DNA of 62,847 nt from Rhina ancylostomus (Eukaryota), in assembly GCA_030265395.1 (NCBI GenBank), contig JARFYF010000052.1:44849967-44912813 (forward strand). Reading direction: 5' to 3'. The position numbers were made by a program, and so were the translations under genes. How positions within the stretch are numbered: position 1 is the first letter of the stretch; each line of letters starts with the position of its first letter. Below, piece after piece: positions 11,641-24,499 of this stretch. The notes under the pieces are model-generated. The model searched no databases. It was not told the origin of the DNA and saw only the letters and a program-made list of their open reading frames with translations.

Positions 11641-12377
11641 GATATTTGTCATCTCAAAATTCATCACCTTGTATTGTAAGGATTAAGTTCCATCTGCCAA
11701 TGCTCTGCCTGACTTCAAAGTACTTAATTGACTGTAAAACACATTGGGATATACTTAAGGTCATGCAAGGATGCAAACTTTCTTTATTAGACAGTTTGCT
11801 ACAGGAAACAGCTGCATGTAGGGTGCCTTGTGCTGCAAAAAAATTATTTATTTTACTTTTGGCAAGATCTTTATTTACCTATGGAAACTAAGATTGGAGA
11901 GGAGCAGGGAAATGCTGAGCAGCAGGGTTTGCTGCCAACCTTCCCCCTGCTCTTGCCGTGCAGTTCATTTGACAGCCCATTTATACCTGTCAGTGCTGCT
12001 CCATTAGTGATGCATGGCAAGGTGGCCCTCATCCTTCCACACGCTCCACCCAAAGAAATCCAAGAAAGCCAAGTTAAGAATCAACCACTTCAGCCTTGAA
12101 GCCACCGGTTGCCCTGTGGGATGGTCGAGCATCTGTTGAGGATGACGGTGTGCTGTCTGTGGTCCTCAGTGGGGAGGAAGTGTTGTAAACCAGCAACCGG
12201 TTGATCTGTTCCTCCACACTTGCTGCCTAATCTGCAGCGTTTCACCAAGCTTTCAGCTTTCAGATTTCTGCTGGTGGAAGTTGCTTCTTGGTTAGTTTAA
12301 TATGGTCTGGCATTTCTTCTGTTAACTGAAAACAATTCTGCCTTGGGTCTGGGATAAGAAGGTACCGACTTAAGTAG

Positions 12378-12777
12378 AAATAGTCATACAGCATGGAAAC
12401 AGGCCATTCGGCCCATTATGTACACACCAACCAATGGGCACCCATCCACGTTAATCCCATCTCCCAGCACTTGGCCGAGGTGATTTAAGGGCTCACCTAG
12501 ACACCTCTTCAATACTGTCAGTGACTCTGCTTCCACCACTGTCTCCGGCAGGTACTCACCGCCCTCTGGGTGAAAACCACCCCCCTCGGAGCCCCTCTCA
12601 AAATCTTCCCCCTTATCCTAAAGCTTTATCCTCAAGTTTTATCTACCTCTGAGACAGGAAAAAGCTTCCTGCTGTCTACCCCATCCATACACTTCATAAT
12701 TTTATACACCCCAATTATGTTCCTTCTTAAGCTCCTCCACTGCAGGGAGGACAGACCCAGCCTCTTCAGGCTCTGTC
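12378..12777 (-). mobile_element. CR1 LINE 3' part, running into a gap
   Basis: Minus ORF gives QSLKRLGLSSLQWRSLRRNIIGVYKIMKCMDGVD (CR1 ORF2 C-terminus); tail CATACAGCATGGAAACAGGCCATTCGGCCC. Confidence 0.85.
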
Positions 12778-13874
12778 NNNNNNNNNNNNNNNNNNNNNNN
12801 NNNNNNNNNNNNNNNNNNNNNNNNNNNNNNNNNNNNNNNNNNNNNNNNNNNNNNNNNNNNNNNNNNNNNNNNNNNNNGGCAATCTTAAAAAAACCTGGCA
12901 GATACTTTTTTATTCCAATTATATCTAAGCGCAGGACAAGACAGTACATAATACATGCTGAACAAACATTTTATTCTGTATTTGCTTTGAAATCTGTTGG
13001 CATGAAATTTGCTGGCAAGGTAAAGCCAAAATTCAGTGCTTTCCTGAACTTACCTGATCCATATGCCAAGGGCACATCTTGCTGCCCAAAGAAATCCAGG
13101 CAGTAGAGACAGGGCCCCGAGTGATAGCAGGACTTCCAGTTGTGGAATAGACAAGCCCCATCCCAAAACCTGTCTTTTTAAATGTCTTTGACATTCAAAA
13201 CATGAAAATGAAATAAAATATTATACAGTTTTCAAATATTATAATTAGAAAGAAGAAAAATACTTTTAAATAATTAAAAATGTTAAACAAAACACAAACA
13301 TTTAAAAAATTGAATTGGTATTTTCCTTATCTTTCTTCCCCACAGCTCTATAATTCCACTGGGGCTATGAACTTTATGCTTGGGAATATACTATCAAATC
13401 CTATGCCTGGCACAGGATCTGATATCCTATTGCCAAGCATAAAGTCAGCACGCTCTATTGCACAGGGAGTCAAATAGCACAGCAGAGCTAGGTAATGACC
13501 AGCAGAGCTTGGCTTTAAGTTTCGGACTTCTGCAGTTGGATGAGAGTTACAAAATCCACTGACACAAACTCTGAGAAATGCTGATGGGTTGGTTTGAAAC
13601 CACCACCATTTCCCAGCAGAATCCACACCATTCATTAAGGCCCCTTGCACAGAAAGAGGAAAACTGGTATTTATATAAGCATCTAACAATGTTCTAACTA
13701 CAATGTCCCACTGTTACAAAATTGCATTGCATGTACTACCAACCAGGGATAAATTTCAAGGCCAATCTGTTTCAGATATTTGCTGATTGTGGGATGATGT
13801 TTAGACAGGGCAACTGGGCAATCCCTCAATTTTTGATAATTCCATACTAATACCCTTGACTCTTTTCTACTACA

Positions 13875-13970
13875 TTTAGGGGTAGCTAATTAATGTGCCA
13901 ACATGTTTTTGGAATGTAGGAGGAAAGTGGCAGCACCTGGATGAATCCCACACAGTCACAGGGAGAATGT
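13875..13970 (-). mobile_element. HE1/V-SINE-like core fragment
   Basis: TTGGAATGTAGGAGGAAAGTGG..CACAGTCACAGGGAGAATGT is the complement of the SINE core. Confidence 0.65.
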
Positions 13971-16854
13971 ACCATTATGTAAATCTATTATTATTCACAT
14001 TAACATAGCACTTTATCATCTTAACCCTTTCAATCAAATGACTCCTAAATTATTGATCCACTGTAAGCTAAATAATCTTTAATAACATCCAGGTGAATCA
14101 GCATTGCACACTTCCCTTTGCTTTTGATTCTTTGTATACTGTGCTGAACAAGTCTGTACACAATGTTCCAAGGTCAACATTTCCTCTTATATCTCCAATC
14201 TCCATCTATGAAACAGATTCAGCTTGCCTTTGTTACAGCCAACTTTAGTGGCACCAAGGTCATCTGCTCTTCTTCATCTAAAGTATTACTAGCATTTCCT
14301 TCCCTATGTGTTATTTGAGAACAAATACTGCTGCATTTGTGAATGCTTGTAGAAGGCTGTGAGTAATTACAGTAGCAGTTGAAATGGGCAGCAGTGTGAC
14401 CTTTCATGTACAGGATTCTGCAGCTACACTCATCAATTAGCTGCATATTCATGCCACTATCTGCCATCAATACCACATCAGACAAATGGAATGTTAACAA
14501 TGTACATTTGCAATGTGAATCTCTATGTTTTTCAATGAGCAATGGATAAATTAAGTGGTACAGAGCATTTGTGACCTCCATTGTGAATTTTCTAAAGCAC
14601 GTGGGGAGATCTTGAAGACATACCTCACAAGAACCCCCGATGCAAAAACTTAGAACACCTGCTAACATCAAACCCATCCATATACAGCTGTTTGGGTTGG
14701 AATGGCTACTGGGGATTTGTAGCAGTATGTCCTGTCTTGTAACCATTTCTTTTGTTTTTCACAACAAAAAACTATCTCATTCTGTTCTCAGACATGGACA
14801 AAGGATGAAAACTGGCTAAAAAATATTATGCTCCTTCTCAGGTGCATAATATTTACCATTTTTATGTGCCCAGTCGTGGGAATCGTTGGAGTTGCTTAAT
14901 TGCCTGGCCCCAGAAATATGATCCTGATGCCTAAAATGCAATATCTACCATCTTAAATGGACTTTCTCATCTTCTTCCAAATCCAGTAAATATGTATGAA
15001 GTCTACAAGGACACCAACAGAGTCAAACCTGAAAGATATGTACAAATAAGCAGAGCAGGTTGATGCTATTTGTATGTATGCTTTTTCCTACTAAAATACC
15101 AACGTTAAATTTGAACTAAGGAAAGAATCAGCAAGCAATCTATAGGTCTTGTTCCCTCTTTAATGTCAAAGAACTAATATCCTGAAGGGCCCTATTTTGA
15201 GAGCCTACACTCCCATTTAGGTGCTCCAGATGCATAATACATATTCATTTACATACTTTCTGAGCCTTTCATGAGTTTGCACATAACACAGATAAAGATT
15301 CTCAGCAAATGAAGAACTACTGATGTGAGTCATGATGTAAGTATACACTGGATGATGCTGGTTAGAGCACAGCAGTTTTATGAGCATGAAGAATATATGA
15401 TCATGCCCAAGATCTCCTACTGATCTAATACTTTGATTATTCAGTCCTCCTTTAGCAAGAGTTTGCACTTAAAATTGTGGGAATGCTAGATTTCACGAGT
15501 TAAAGGCTTTTGCTTTATTTCCAAACAAGTTTATTGCAGTGTTCTCCATCACAATCCAGTTATTTATGGAAACAGTATGTTCCAGGTGTATGTAAATCAG
15601 GTAAGATCAGCAAAAACTATGGATATATCATTTCTGACAGTAGCTTTCATAAAATGTACTTCTGTGAGTTATTGAGGTATAGCTGCTTTCATATAATCTA
15701 GTTTTACAACTGATCAATGCTACTCCAGTCCAAAATCAATCTAAATTTCAAAGGACTGAAATCACACTTTGCAATACTGGCAAAGATAGAATTCTCTTTA
15801 GTATCTTATTAGCATGATCTGTTAATCAATTCTCTCTGATACATCAAATAAAGAAGGACGTATTCTTGACCTGATGACTATACTTTACAGGAATATATTC
15901 TTCATAATTTCTTCATGGATAATGCCATCTTGTTTGGATGTTTATTGCCTACTTTTGAAATAAAGGACTGAGGAGATCTGCTCAGGCTGCGTCAGCATAT
16001 TCATATTTATACTGTAACCTTCATTTATTTGATGCCTGTGTCATAGAGCAGACAGACCTATTGATCTTTTAAAACAGTAATGTTTTCATACTGGCATTAA
16101 AATGCTCTTGCATCATTTTGTAATGATTATTCAGAGCTATCAAAACAAATTCCTTCCATGTGCAATGACGCCAGCTTCAGTATAAATAACAGAAATCCTT
16201 TCTGCCTGATAGATGTAACGAACTGAAGATGTGAAGCTTACTATCCTGTCATTTGAGATTAGTATATTGATTGTAAGTTTTTTTGGGGGGGCATCATCTA
16301 TTACTGTCAACTTAATCCCAATTATGCTCATCTCCCACAAAACATGACATAAAATTAAGTTTTTGCTGCTTGCTAATGTTTGCTATTAATTTTAACCTAT
16401 TTCACTATTATTTCTATATTACACTGTGTCACCTGCCCTCTGAGAACTGACCTTCACTATTTTAATACAACTGATGTCTTTCATATCCTTCTCAACCTTT
16501 GGCCTTCAGATGCCTTGCTCTGTCTTTTCCATTTTTCTTAATGTATGATTTTCCAAAGTCTCTATCTCTGCTCATCTCTGGCACTGTCCTCTTTTTACTG
16601 TTTCACTTTAATTTTTCCCTCCTTTACTCCTTCTATGCTCTTCAATGTTTGACGACCAGGGATTGTTTTCTCCTTCCAACTCCAGTTTGAGAGACAATTT
16701 ACATTAGATGCATCAGATATCAGATCATGCAAAAACAATGCTCATGATCCCTCAGTTCTTCAGCAGCTTGCAAAATCTTTGATAGGAAGCAAGTTTCAAC
16801 GCAAAAATATTTATTGAAATTGTGAAAAAGATTCACAGAATACAACTTTTCTGA

Positions 16855-17427
16855 AAGCCTTACATTTATATGGTGCCTTTCATAACCTCAGGACATTGCT
16901 CAGTGCTTTTCAGCCAGTGAAATATCTTTCAAGTGTTGTTTTATTGCAGAGAATGGGATATCCAATTTTCACCCAGCAAGCTCCTGCTCTGATGCAAAAT
17001 CATCAACCTGAAATATAATTCATTTTCTTTCTGTAGATGCTGATTGGCTTCTTGAGTATGTGCTGCATTTTCTGATTTTACTTCAGATTTTGAACATCCA
17101 TTTACTTATGTAACAATGTGGTAGGGATGGGGAAAGCTATCTTTCAGTGAGGGTGATTGAATGATAAATCTTTCTTCATTCGGAAGGATTGGGAGGGCAT
17201 CAGAGATGATCTCTATATTTTATCATAATAGGGTCATGAGATCTTTTTTCATCTACCTGAGAAAATATTTGGAACCTTGCTTTAAAGTCTCATCTGAAAG
17301 ATAGCAAGCCTCCCTCAATACTGCATTTACATGTTAGTCCTGATTTTCAGTGTTCATGTCCCTGGAGTACAACTTGAACCCACAACTTTCTGACTCAGGG
17401 CAACAGTCCAACTAAGCCACAGATGAT
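16855..17427 (-). mobile_element. Deu-domain tRNA SINE (SacSINE1-like) with L2-type tail, interrupted by a Penelope-type remnant at ~16987-17100
   Basis: Complement of a tRNA head ACTTGAACCCACAACTTTCTGACTCAG..CTAAGCCAC; Deu-like CATGAGATCTTTT..CTACCTGAGA..GTCTCATCTGAAAGA; CATTTATATGGTGCCTTT tail. Confidence 0.7.
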
Positions 17428-17995
17428 ATGGTTGCATAAAACAATCCTGTAAAATGCTCCAACCAATATTGCAACCTATTGAAGTCAATGGAAGTAAACA
17501 TCAGGAGAGTCATAAAGTATGTGTCTGATGCATTGCAGATGTTTTGTGTTACTGTCCAAGAGAAATTGTTACCCCTTGATCTTGAGGCTCAGGAAGGGAA
17601 AAGTATAGCAAAGTACTTAAATGCTTCTGATATGTAACATGCTTGTTGCTCTTTTTTATTAAAAATGATAAAATGAGTAGTCATTTTCTACCTATCTCAA
17701 TCACCATTCAGGAGAAGCAAATACTGTCCAGATGATGTGTTAAGAATCAGTTAACGTTAATTTTTGTTTCATTCCTTTCACAGCAACTTAAAATTTGATG
17801 TGTTCTTAATGCCATCTTTAGATAATAGTTTGGAACATTTATGGCAGTGTATAGCCTGAAAAAGTTGAACAATGAGTGTTGACTTATTCTTTACCTGTGA
17901 CTGTGGTTTCACTAACAATGACCTTATCAATTAATGCACACAGCTTCTTTAAGCCAATGCCTCCAATTGCATCAGCAACAACCACTACCTCACTG

Positions 17996-18226
17996 GGGGT
18001 GTCACAGTAGTGTAGCAGTAGTGTAACGCTATTACAGCACAAATGATTGAGTTTCAATTCCTACCCCTGAGTGTAAGGAGTTTGTACGTTCTCCCTATGA
18101 TTGCATGGTTTTCCTCCACGTACTCTGGTTTCCTTCCATATTCCAAAGATGTACGGGTTAGTTTGTTAATTTCAATGGTGCAGTCTCATTGGGTCAGAAT
18201 GGCCTGTTACTGTGCTGTATAAATAA
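17996..18226 (+). mobile_element. tRNA-derived SINE, short-tail subfamily
   Basis: GTAGTGTAGCAGTAG head, TGTAAGGAGTTTGTACGTTCTCCC core, GGCCTGTTACTGTGCTGTATAAATAA tail; same subfamily as 45889-46197. Confidence 0.8.
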
Positions 18227-18638
18227 TGTTTTAAAAGTTTAGAGAAAAAGCAAACAACACGAATGAAATTACAAAAGCTAAAATCAGTTCAGGAGCAAAG
18301 AATCCACATTCAATTTGGTACCCAGGTCTCAGTAACAAATTGCCATTCCAGAGAAAATCCCCAGAAATACACAATATCAGATGACCAAGAGGCTGTCTGG
18401 GGACACTGAGGTAAGTGTTGGGATGGGGACGTGGTTTACAAACATGACAGGGAGAAACAGGGGCTCCAATGGCCCACTCTCTTTTCTTTCACCCTGAGAA
18501 CACTTCANNNNNNNNNNNNNNNNNNNNNNNNNNNNNNNNNNNNNNNNNNNNNCTGCGGTTTAAAACTGTATGAAGCAATCATATTGCACGCTTGACCCAA
18601 TTAAGGTTGAAAATAGTAGCCTTATGTAAGTCATACAA

Positions 18639-19230
18639 CAGTACAACTCCGATAATCTGCCACACTTTGGCAGTGCTGGACTGACAGCTTTCCTGTACTA
18701 TAGGATGTTATTCATATTAATATCCCAATACACTTTAAATTCACTCTTTTACATGTTAAGCAGCACTATAATAAATTTTCCATTAAATGGAAATAACATT
18801 TTAAAAGTTGAGAGAAAAAGCAAACAACATGAATGAAATTACAAAAGCTAAAATCAGTTCAGGAACAAAGAATCCACATCCATTTTGGTACCCAGGTCTC
18901 AGTAACAAATGAGTGCAGGAAAAGGGCCCCAATGTTTTAATTAGAGTGTGGGAACCAGGGCCCTGGTGATTTTCGAGGGAGAATAGCAACATTTCCATTT
19001 AAACTCAGTGAGCTTAAAGGAAGAGCAAGGATCCAGACCCAAGTCCATTTAAAGGAAGCACAGGAACTGGGTCCAGGTAAGTTTAGTGTGAGCATAGGAA
19101 ACAGGTCCCCAGTGTTTTATGTAGTGTGGGAACGTGTGGCAACCAGGGCCCTGGTGATTTTCAAGGGAGATTAGCAAACATCACATGATGAGCCAGATTC
19201 TGAGCCATTAGGATTATCAAAGTTTAACTG
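18639..19230. mobile_element. Non-autonomous DNA transposon (Tigger/pogo-like MITE)
   Basis: Left end CAGTACAACTCCGATAATC; right end reverse-complements to CAGTTAAACTTTGATAATC (15/19 match). Expected TA TSD not preserved (AA / CA). Confidence 0.6.
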
Positions 19231-20969
19231 CACCCTTCCATTCCTTAAATTTACTTTCAGTAAAGTTCATTCCATTTTTGTCTCTTTAAATCTTGCTACT
19301 TGGAAAAGAAGAGATAGAAACAAATACAGATAGTAATGTAGAAATAAATGCATAAAGACAGTCAGAGCAAGGTGCAGGGATGGACAATCAGAACAAAGAG
19401 AGACAAAGGAAGATAGTGAATAAGACTAAATGGAGCCAGGGCTCCCTATGGACTGGACCTAGTCTAGCTCATTTTGCAATGTAATCCTCATCAGACAATT
19501 ACATGTCAACTGCAGGAGCACAAAAAATCTCAGATGAAGAAACAGTATTCCTTCCAATTCTGAGTCCATGCATTTAAAATGTACATTAAAAAAACTCAAC
19601 ATTAATCTCCTTAGATGGCTAAGAAGTAACTCATTTGTACAGATCATTTAAGAAAATAAATATATTTCTTGCTAATTCTGGAATATTCAAGGGTGACAGC
19701 AAATGAANNNNNNNNNNNNNNNNNNNNNNNNNNNNNNNNNNNNNNNNNNNNNNNNNNNNNNNNNNNNNNNNNNNNNNNNNNNNNNNNNNNNNNNNNNNNN
19801 NNNNNNNCAAATGCAGGAATCGGCAAGGGTGACAGCAAATGAAAAAGGAAAATATCTAACTTATGAGGCCAAAGTAAGTTACTTTTCCAATGGATTGAAT
19901 TGCAACTTGAATAAAATTGGGTAGCCCCTGAAAACCTTGAGCATGTGAATAACTTGCACCCATTTATTGAGATACAAGCAGCATTCCAACTTTCTGCTGC
20001 CAGCTCATTTGTATATTTGTTCAGTACAGCCATGGTAACCATGCTATTCCTTGGGCACATGCATCAAAGGGGGGCCCAAAATCCTAACCACAGCAATTCT
20101 TAAAGCTATCCTGCACTAATTAAAGCAGGCCTGTGCAATTCATAAGGGTGTTCATTGTGGTTGGAACACATTCTGGCAGTCACACAGCATGTGACCCATA
20201 CTTGGGAAACAATAAAAGTGCAATATTGGAGGGAGTTGGCCTCAAGACTTTTGGATGCTCTCCTGATGGTCTTAATAAAGGAAGTGCAAAGTAGGAGAGA
20301 TGTTCTGTAACCACACTTGAACCAATGGACATCCTCAAATGGCAGTGGGAGCCACTGTTATGTGGTCAAGGCCAAGTGTTAAGCTCTGAAAGCAATGCAT
20401 GACAAGATGCTCAAAGGCTCGCATTCATGTACGTAGGCAGTGAGTTTATTGTCTCAGTCTCCATCCCATCAGGTATTTAATAAGCCTTCATACTGCTTAA
20501 TTCACCATACCCAGAACACTACCAACCCAGAATTCACACCTGACAACTATATGGCCCACCAAACCAGGAGGTACTTAGCAACACTGTACAATAGATCTGT
20601 TATAGTTTACACACACAACCAGCTGTTCAATCAAGACAGCCACATCAGTACAAATAGTAAAACACTATTTGTGAGACTCTTCTCTCTCTCTTGCAGAACA
20701 TATGGTCCAAAACTGGAGCTTCAAAGTGCCAATTCCGCCATAAATCAGAGAAGCCAGCTGATTTTTTGTCTTGACCTTTCAGACATCTTTGTGTGCCTCA
20801 ACTTCTTGAATATGATATAAGCTATGATTTCTTGCAGGAGCTTGCATGGGCCCAAACTTCTGTCATCCAAACATACAAACAATGGGCAGCTTCTCAAAAG
20901 TTTCCTCATGTCATGTTTGGTTATTTTGCCAACTACCTTCATTTTGGTTCTTAACTGGTCCACCAATGG

Positions 20970-21105
20970 AAACGGGTATCCACTCTGACTATACCCTTTA
21001 TGATTTTAAATACGTCCATCAGATCCCCTTGCAATCTCCTCTGTACCAGGAAGAACCACAACTTCTCTAGTCTATCTACATACCTAAAGTCTGTCATCTC
21101 TGGAA
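20970..21105 (-). mobile_element. CR1 ORF2 fragment
   Basis: Minus ORF: RLEKLWFFLVQRRLQGDLMDVFKIIKGIVRVD. Confidence 0.8.
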
Positions 21106-21797
21106 TCCCTGCAGCTAGATTGTATGAGGGAAAGTTTTCTTTTAAACAAGAATTACAAAACAATGTTAACTATTATTTCTTCTTCAGGATCTGTATCAAC
21201 TTACCCCTGTCCACTTAAGAGAGTAATTTGCTGGCAGCTGAAAACTTGCTGCAAGCACTTGAATTAGACTGAGCCCTGGGGTTCCACTGGGGTCACAGGA
21301 AAGAATAACAGGCATGCATTAAGGCTGCATTGCTGATGTTAATAGGGTTTCTGTCAAGGAAGAAAAGTATGTCTATTTCTCCTTGCTTCTTTCACTTAAA
21401 GTCTAGGTTTCTTTAGTCTGGCAATACCCAGCTCCACTGTATCCTTCTGTCCTCCTGAGTAAAATAGTTAAAGAAAATGTCCATTCACTTTTGCTCTTGT
21501 GAGTTAGTGTCCATGCCCCAAGGTTATGTTTGGTGTGACTATATCAGTTTGACACATCTGGTATCTATCCAGTCTTCATTGATATGAAACTCTACATTTT
21601 GCATTTTTGTGTGAATTTGCAGCTCAGTTTATGCGCCAGAGTGTCTAACATAGAAATTACCACTGTTGGTTTTGCTAATATATTCTTTGTCTCGGCATGA
21701 AAGCCTGTAGGCAAAGTGAAATTGGTGCTTCTTTCTTGAAATATCACATAAAGGTGGAAAACGCAGACTGCTTCTGTTGTTTTATGAGGCACATAAA

Positions 21798-22082
21798 TGT
21801 CATGGTTCTGAGTTCTGGCCCTCATTTGGCTCCATTAATGCCTTGTTGTCCAGCACATGGATTCCATGCTNNNNNNNNNNNNNNNNNNNNNNNNNNNNNN
21901 NNNNNNNNNNNNNNNNNNNNNNNNNNNNNNNNNNNNNNNNNNNNNNNNNNNNNNNNNNNNNNNNNNNNNNTCCTTCCAGTTACTGCCTGTGTTTGTCCTG
22001 AGGAAGTATCCTGACTCCAGTCTTGTATTAGTGTGCCGCATTTGGGCCCTCTGTGAGTTTGCTCTCGATCAATGTTGTGACA
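21798..22082 (+). mobile_element. LTR (probable solo LTR, Gypsy-like) with internal gap
   Basis: Starts TGTCA, ends TGACA; 5-bp TSD ATAAA at 21793-21797 and 22083-22087; related copy inverted at 59294-59559. Strand and clade are inferred. Confidence 0.85.
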
Positions 22083-22754
22083 ATAAAAGGGTGAGCTTTA
22101 ACTTTTGACCATCTAGGTAATAGAGAGTGTAGGCAGGACATCTGAGAGCTGTAGTGAAAAGTCAACTCCAAGAATTCAGTTACTTCAGAGGTACTTCATT
22201 GGCCATGAAGCACTTCATAATTTCCTTCCGAATGACTAGCAGGAAAAACAAAGAATTAAAAAAAACTTGAGCACACACTTTCTTTTTATTCTATTCTTCT
22301 CTCTTTCAATGTATATATTGTTTTGAAATCATGTTATCCTGACCCTTTTAAATGATTACAACGAAAAAATTGCAGCTAGAGATAGCCGTTAGTCTCTCTG
22401 GCTTTAACCTATCCAGGACCCAATGTTAATGTTACACTTCATTACTTATTCAATGATTTTTTTTGTTTGCAGTCTGTACTCTTTTCAGGAGCCCATTCTA
22501 TCTTTGTGTGAAGGAAAACTCATCCCAAAGATGTATTTAACTGGTTTGATCCTACAACACACTTGTCCAACAATAGCAACCAAGCAGCCTGTCCCTGCAT
22601 TTAACTTAATGAAAATGTATGGAAAAGGTAACTTTTCCCTCATCAGTGAGAATCCAGAGTGCCAGAAGTCATTCACGTCAGGAAGGGAATGTTAACCTGA
22701 TAATGCGTGATTGATCAACTCATGTTTTATGGGTTTGCCCTGTTGCCAAATATT

Positions 22755-23110
22755 AGAATATAGAACAATACAGCATAGGAACAGACTTTCGACCCATGAT
22801 ATCTGTACTGACCATTATGCCAATTTAAACTAATTCCATCTGCCTGCACATGGTCTACATCCATCCAGTTCCTGCCTGTTCACATACCCGTCTAAACATT
22901 GCTATTATATTACTTCCACCATCTTGCCTGGCAGCGTGTTCCAGGCACCTACCACTCCCTATGTTTAAAAAAAATCGCCTCGTAAATCACCTTTAAACTT
23001 TGCCCCTCTCACCTTAAATTATTGCTCTTTAGTATTTGACATTTCCACCCTGGGAAAAAGACTTTGACCATCTACCATCTCCATCCCTCTCATAATGTTA
23101 TATCCTTTTA
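22755..23110 (-). mobile_element. CR1 LINE 3' end
   Basis: AGAATATAGAACAATACAGCATAGGAACAG tail; minus ORF ends YNIMRGMEMVDGQSLFPRVEMSNT. Confidence 0.85.
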
Positions 23111-24499
23111 TGTTATGGCATAAGAGGCCCAAAATATTATTTCCTTTAAAGGCAATGCAAATGAACATCAAGAAATATGCAAACTTCAAAACTTCCCATT
23201 TTTTGTGGGTAAAAAATTCTGATTCCTCCTTTAATTCTTCCTGTATCTGCTTGATACTGCTTAATAAGGAGGAAATGGGGGGAAACAATCTTTCAATATG
23301 TACTCTTTCAAAACATTTTATAATGTGCCTGCTCTATCACTCTGAGGGCCTGATGGTCTGCTGTATCTCTCTATGACTCCATGATGACACAGATTCAACA
23401 TTACCCCTTTGTTTTTATATTCAATCATCCAGGTGTAAAATTCAGAATCCCATTTGCTTTTTCAAGACTTCTTCTACTTTCATACTTGCCATTTTGTCTT
23501 CTGACATAGTTCAGTTCCTCCATTCTGTTGGATGGTTTCATTGTGTAACTTCCTTTAGCTCTTTCTTTCCTCCAAATATAATATTTCATGACTTATTCGC
23601 ATTGTTTCCACAGCCCTAATTAAATAATATCAGCAAACATTAGTACATTCCTTCTGTGCCTGTGCACAAATTGTTTGCATCAAAACAATTTAATCACAAT
23701 CAATAGTATGCCAATCGAAGAGACATCTGTTTACCCCCTACCCTTCAACATGTTCCCCAGCCAACACTTTACTCAGCTAGCTCCATCTCCTTAATGTAAT
23801 GGGCTGGAAATTTATTCTGTGGCACTATGGTATTTGCGCCATGCAAAAGAATTTGATTGGAAAACAGATCACTGAATACCATTGTTAACTTATTACAGCT
23901 TTACCTGTTTACAGAATTGCTTCTGGATTCTCTGTGCTTATGGTGTGATAATACATGCAAACACCAAGATATGCACAGTTTACACTTAGGTGACTGAATA
24001 TAAAAACAACAGGGGAATGTTCAATATGCGTAGTCACAGATCCATAGAGAGATACAGCAGAAAAATAGGTCCTTTGGCCCACTGAGAAAGTGGTGAGAAA
24101 GAAAAAATTGTTATGCTGTTAAGACAAAAGTACTTAATGTTGTTCTGGATATTCAATTAAAGGTGAAATATATGAACCATGATCAGTGTGCAGCAAAAGA
24201 TTCAGTGGAATTTGAGATGGGTGAGGAAAGCTCCAAGTGTTTCATTTTCATGTAAGGTCCAATGGTGTGCAAGTATTCAGTCATGTATAATAGATTCTGT
24301 GGATGGCATGGGCTACATACATAAAGTAAGGTCATTGCAATTAGTGTGAGGCTTACTTTTTTGAGAATTAATTGGAGTTCCAACACTGTGAGTACCAGTT
24401 TTCTAAGTCTGATGCTTCAAGGTGGCTGAAGATAGATGTCTTTGGGATCTCTACCAATGTACCCTGGTTCAACCATGACCTTCATTATTTTTTTCATTT

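Noticed and set aside
14219-14746. 175-aa minus-strand ORF
   Set aside because: No recognisable homology; it adjoins decayed CR1-like sequence and has non-coding-like composition.
18352-18410. Possible 59-nt exon (ttccag ... GAG|gtaagt)
   Set aside because: The donor is good, but the polypyrimidine tract is weak, the peptide is unrecognisable and no partner exons are evident; unsupported without RNA data.
18911-19180. CRISPR-like spaced repeats
   Set aside because: Eukaryotic context, degenerate units without unique spacers, no cas genes; it is a minisatellite inside a MITE.
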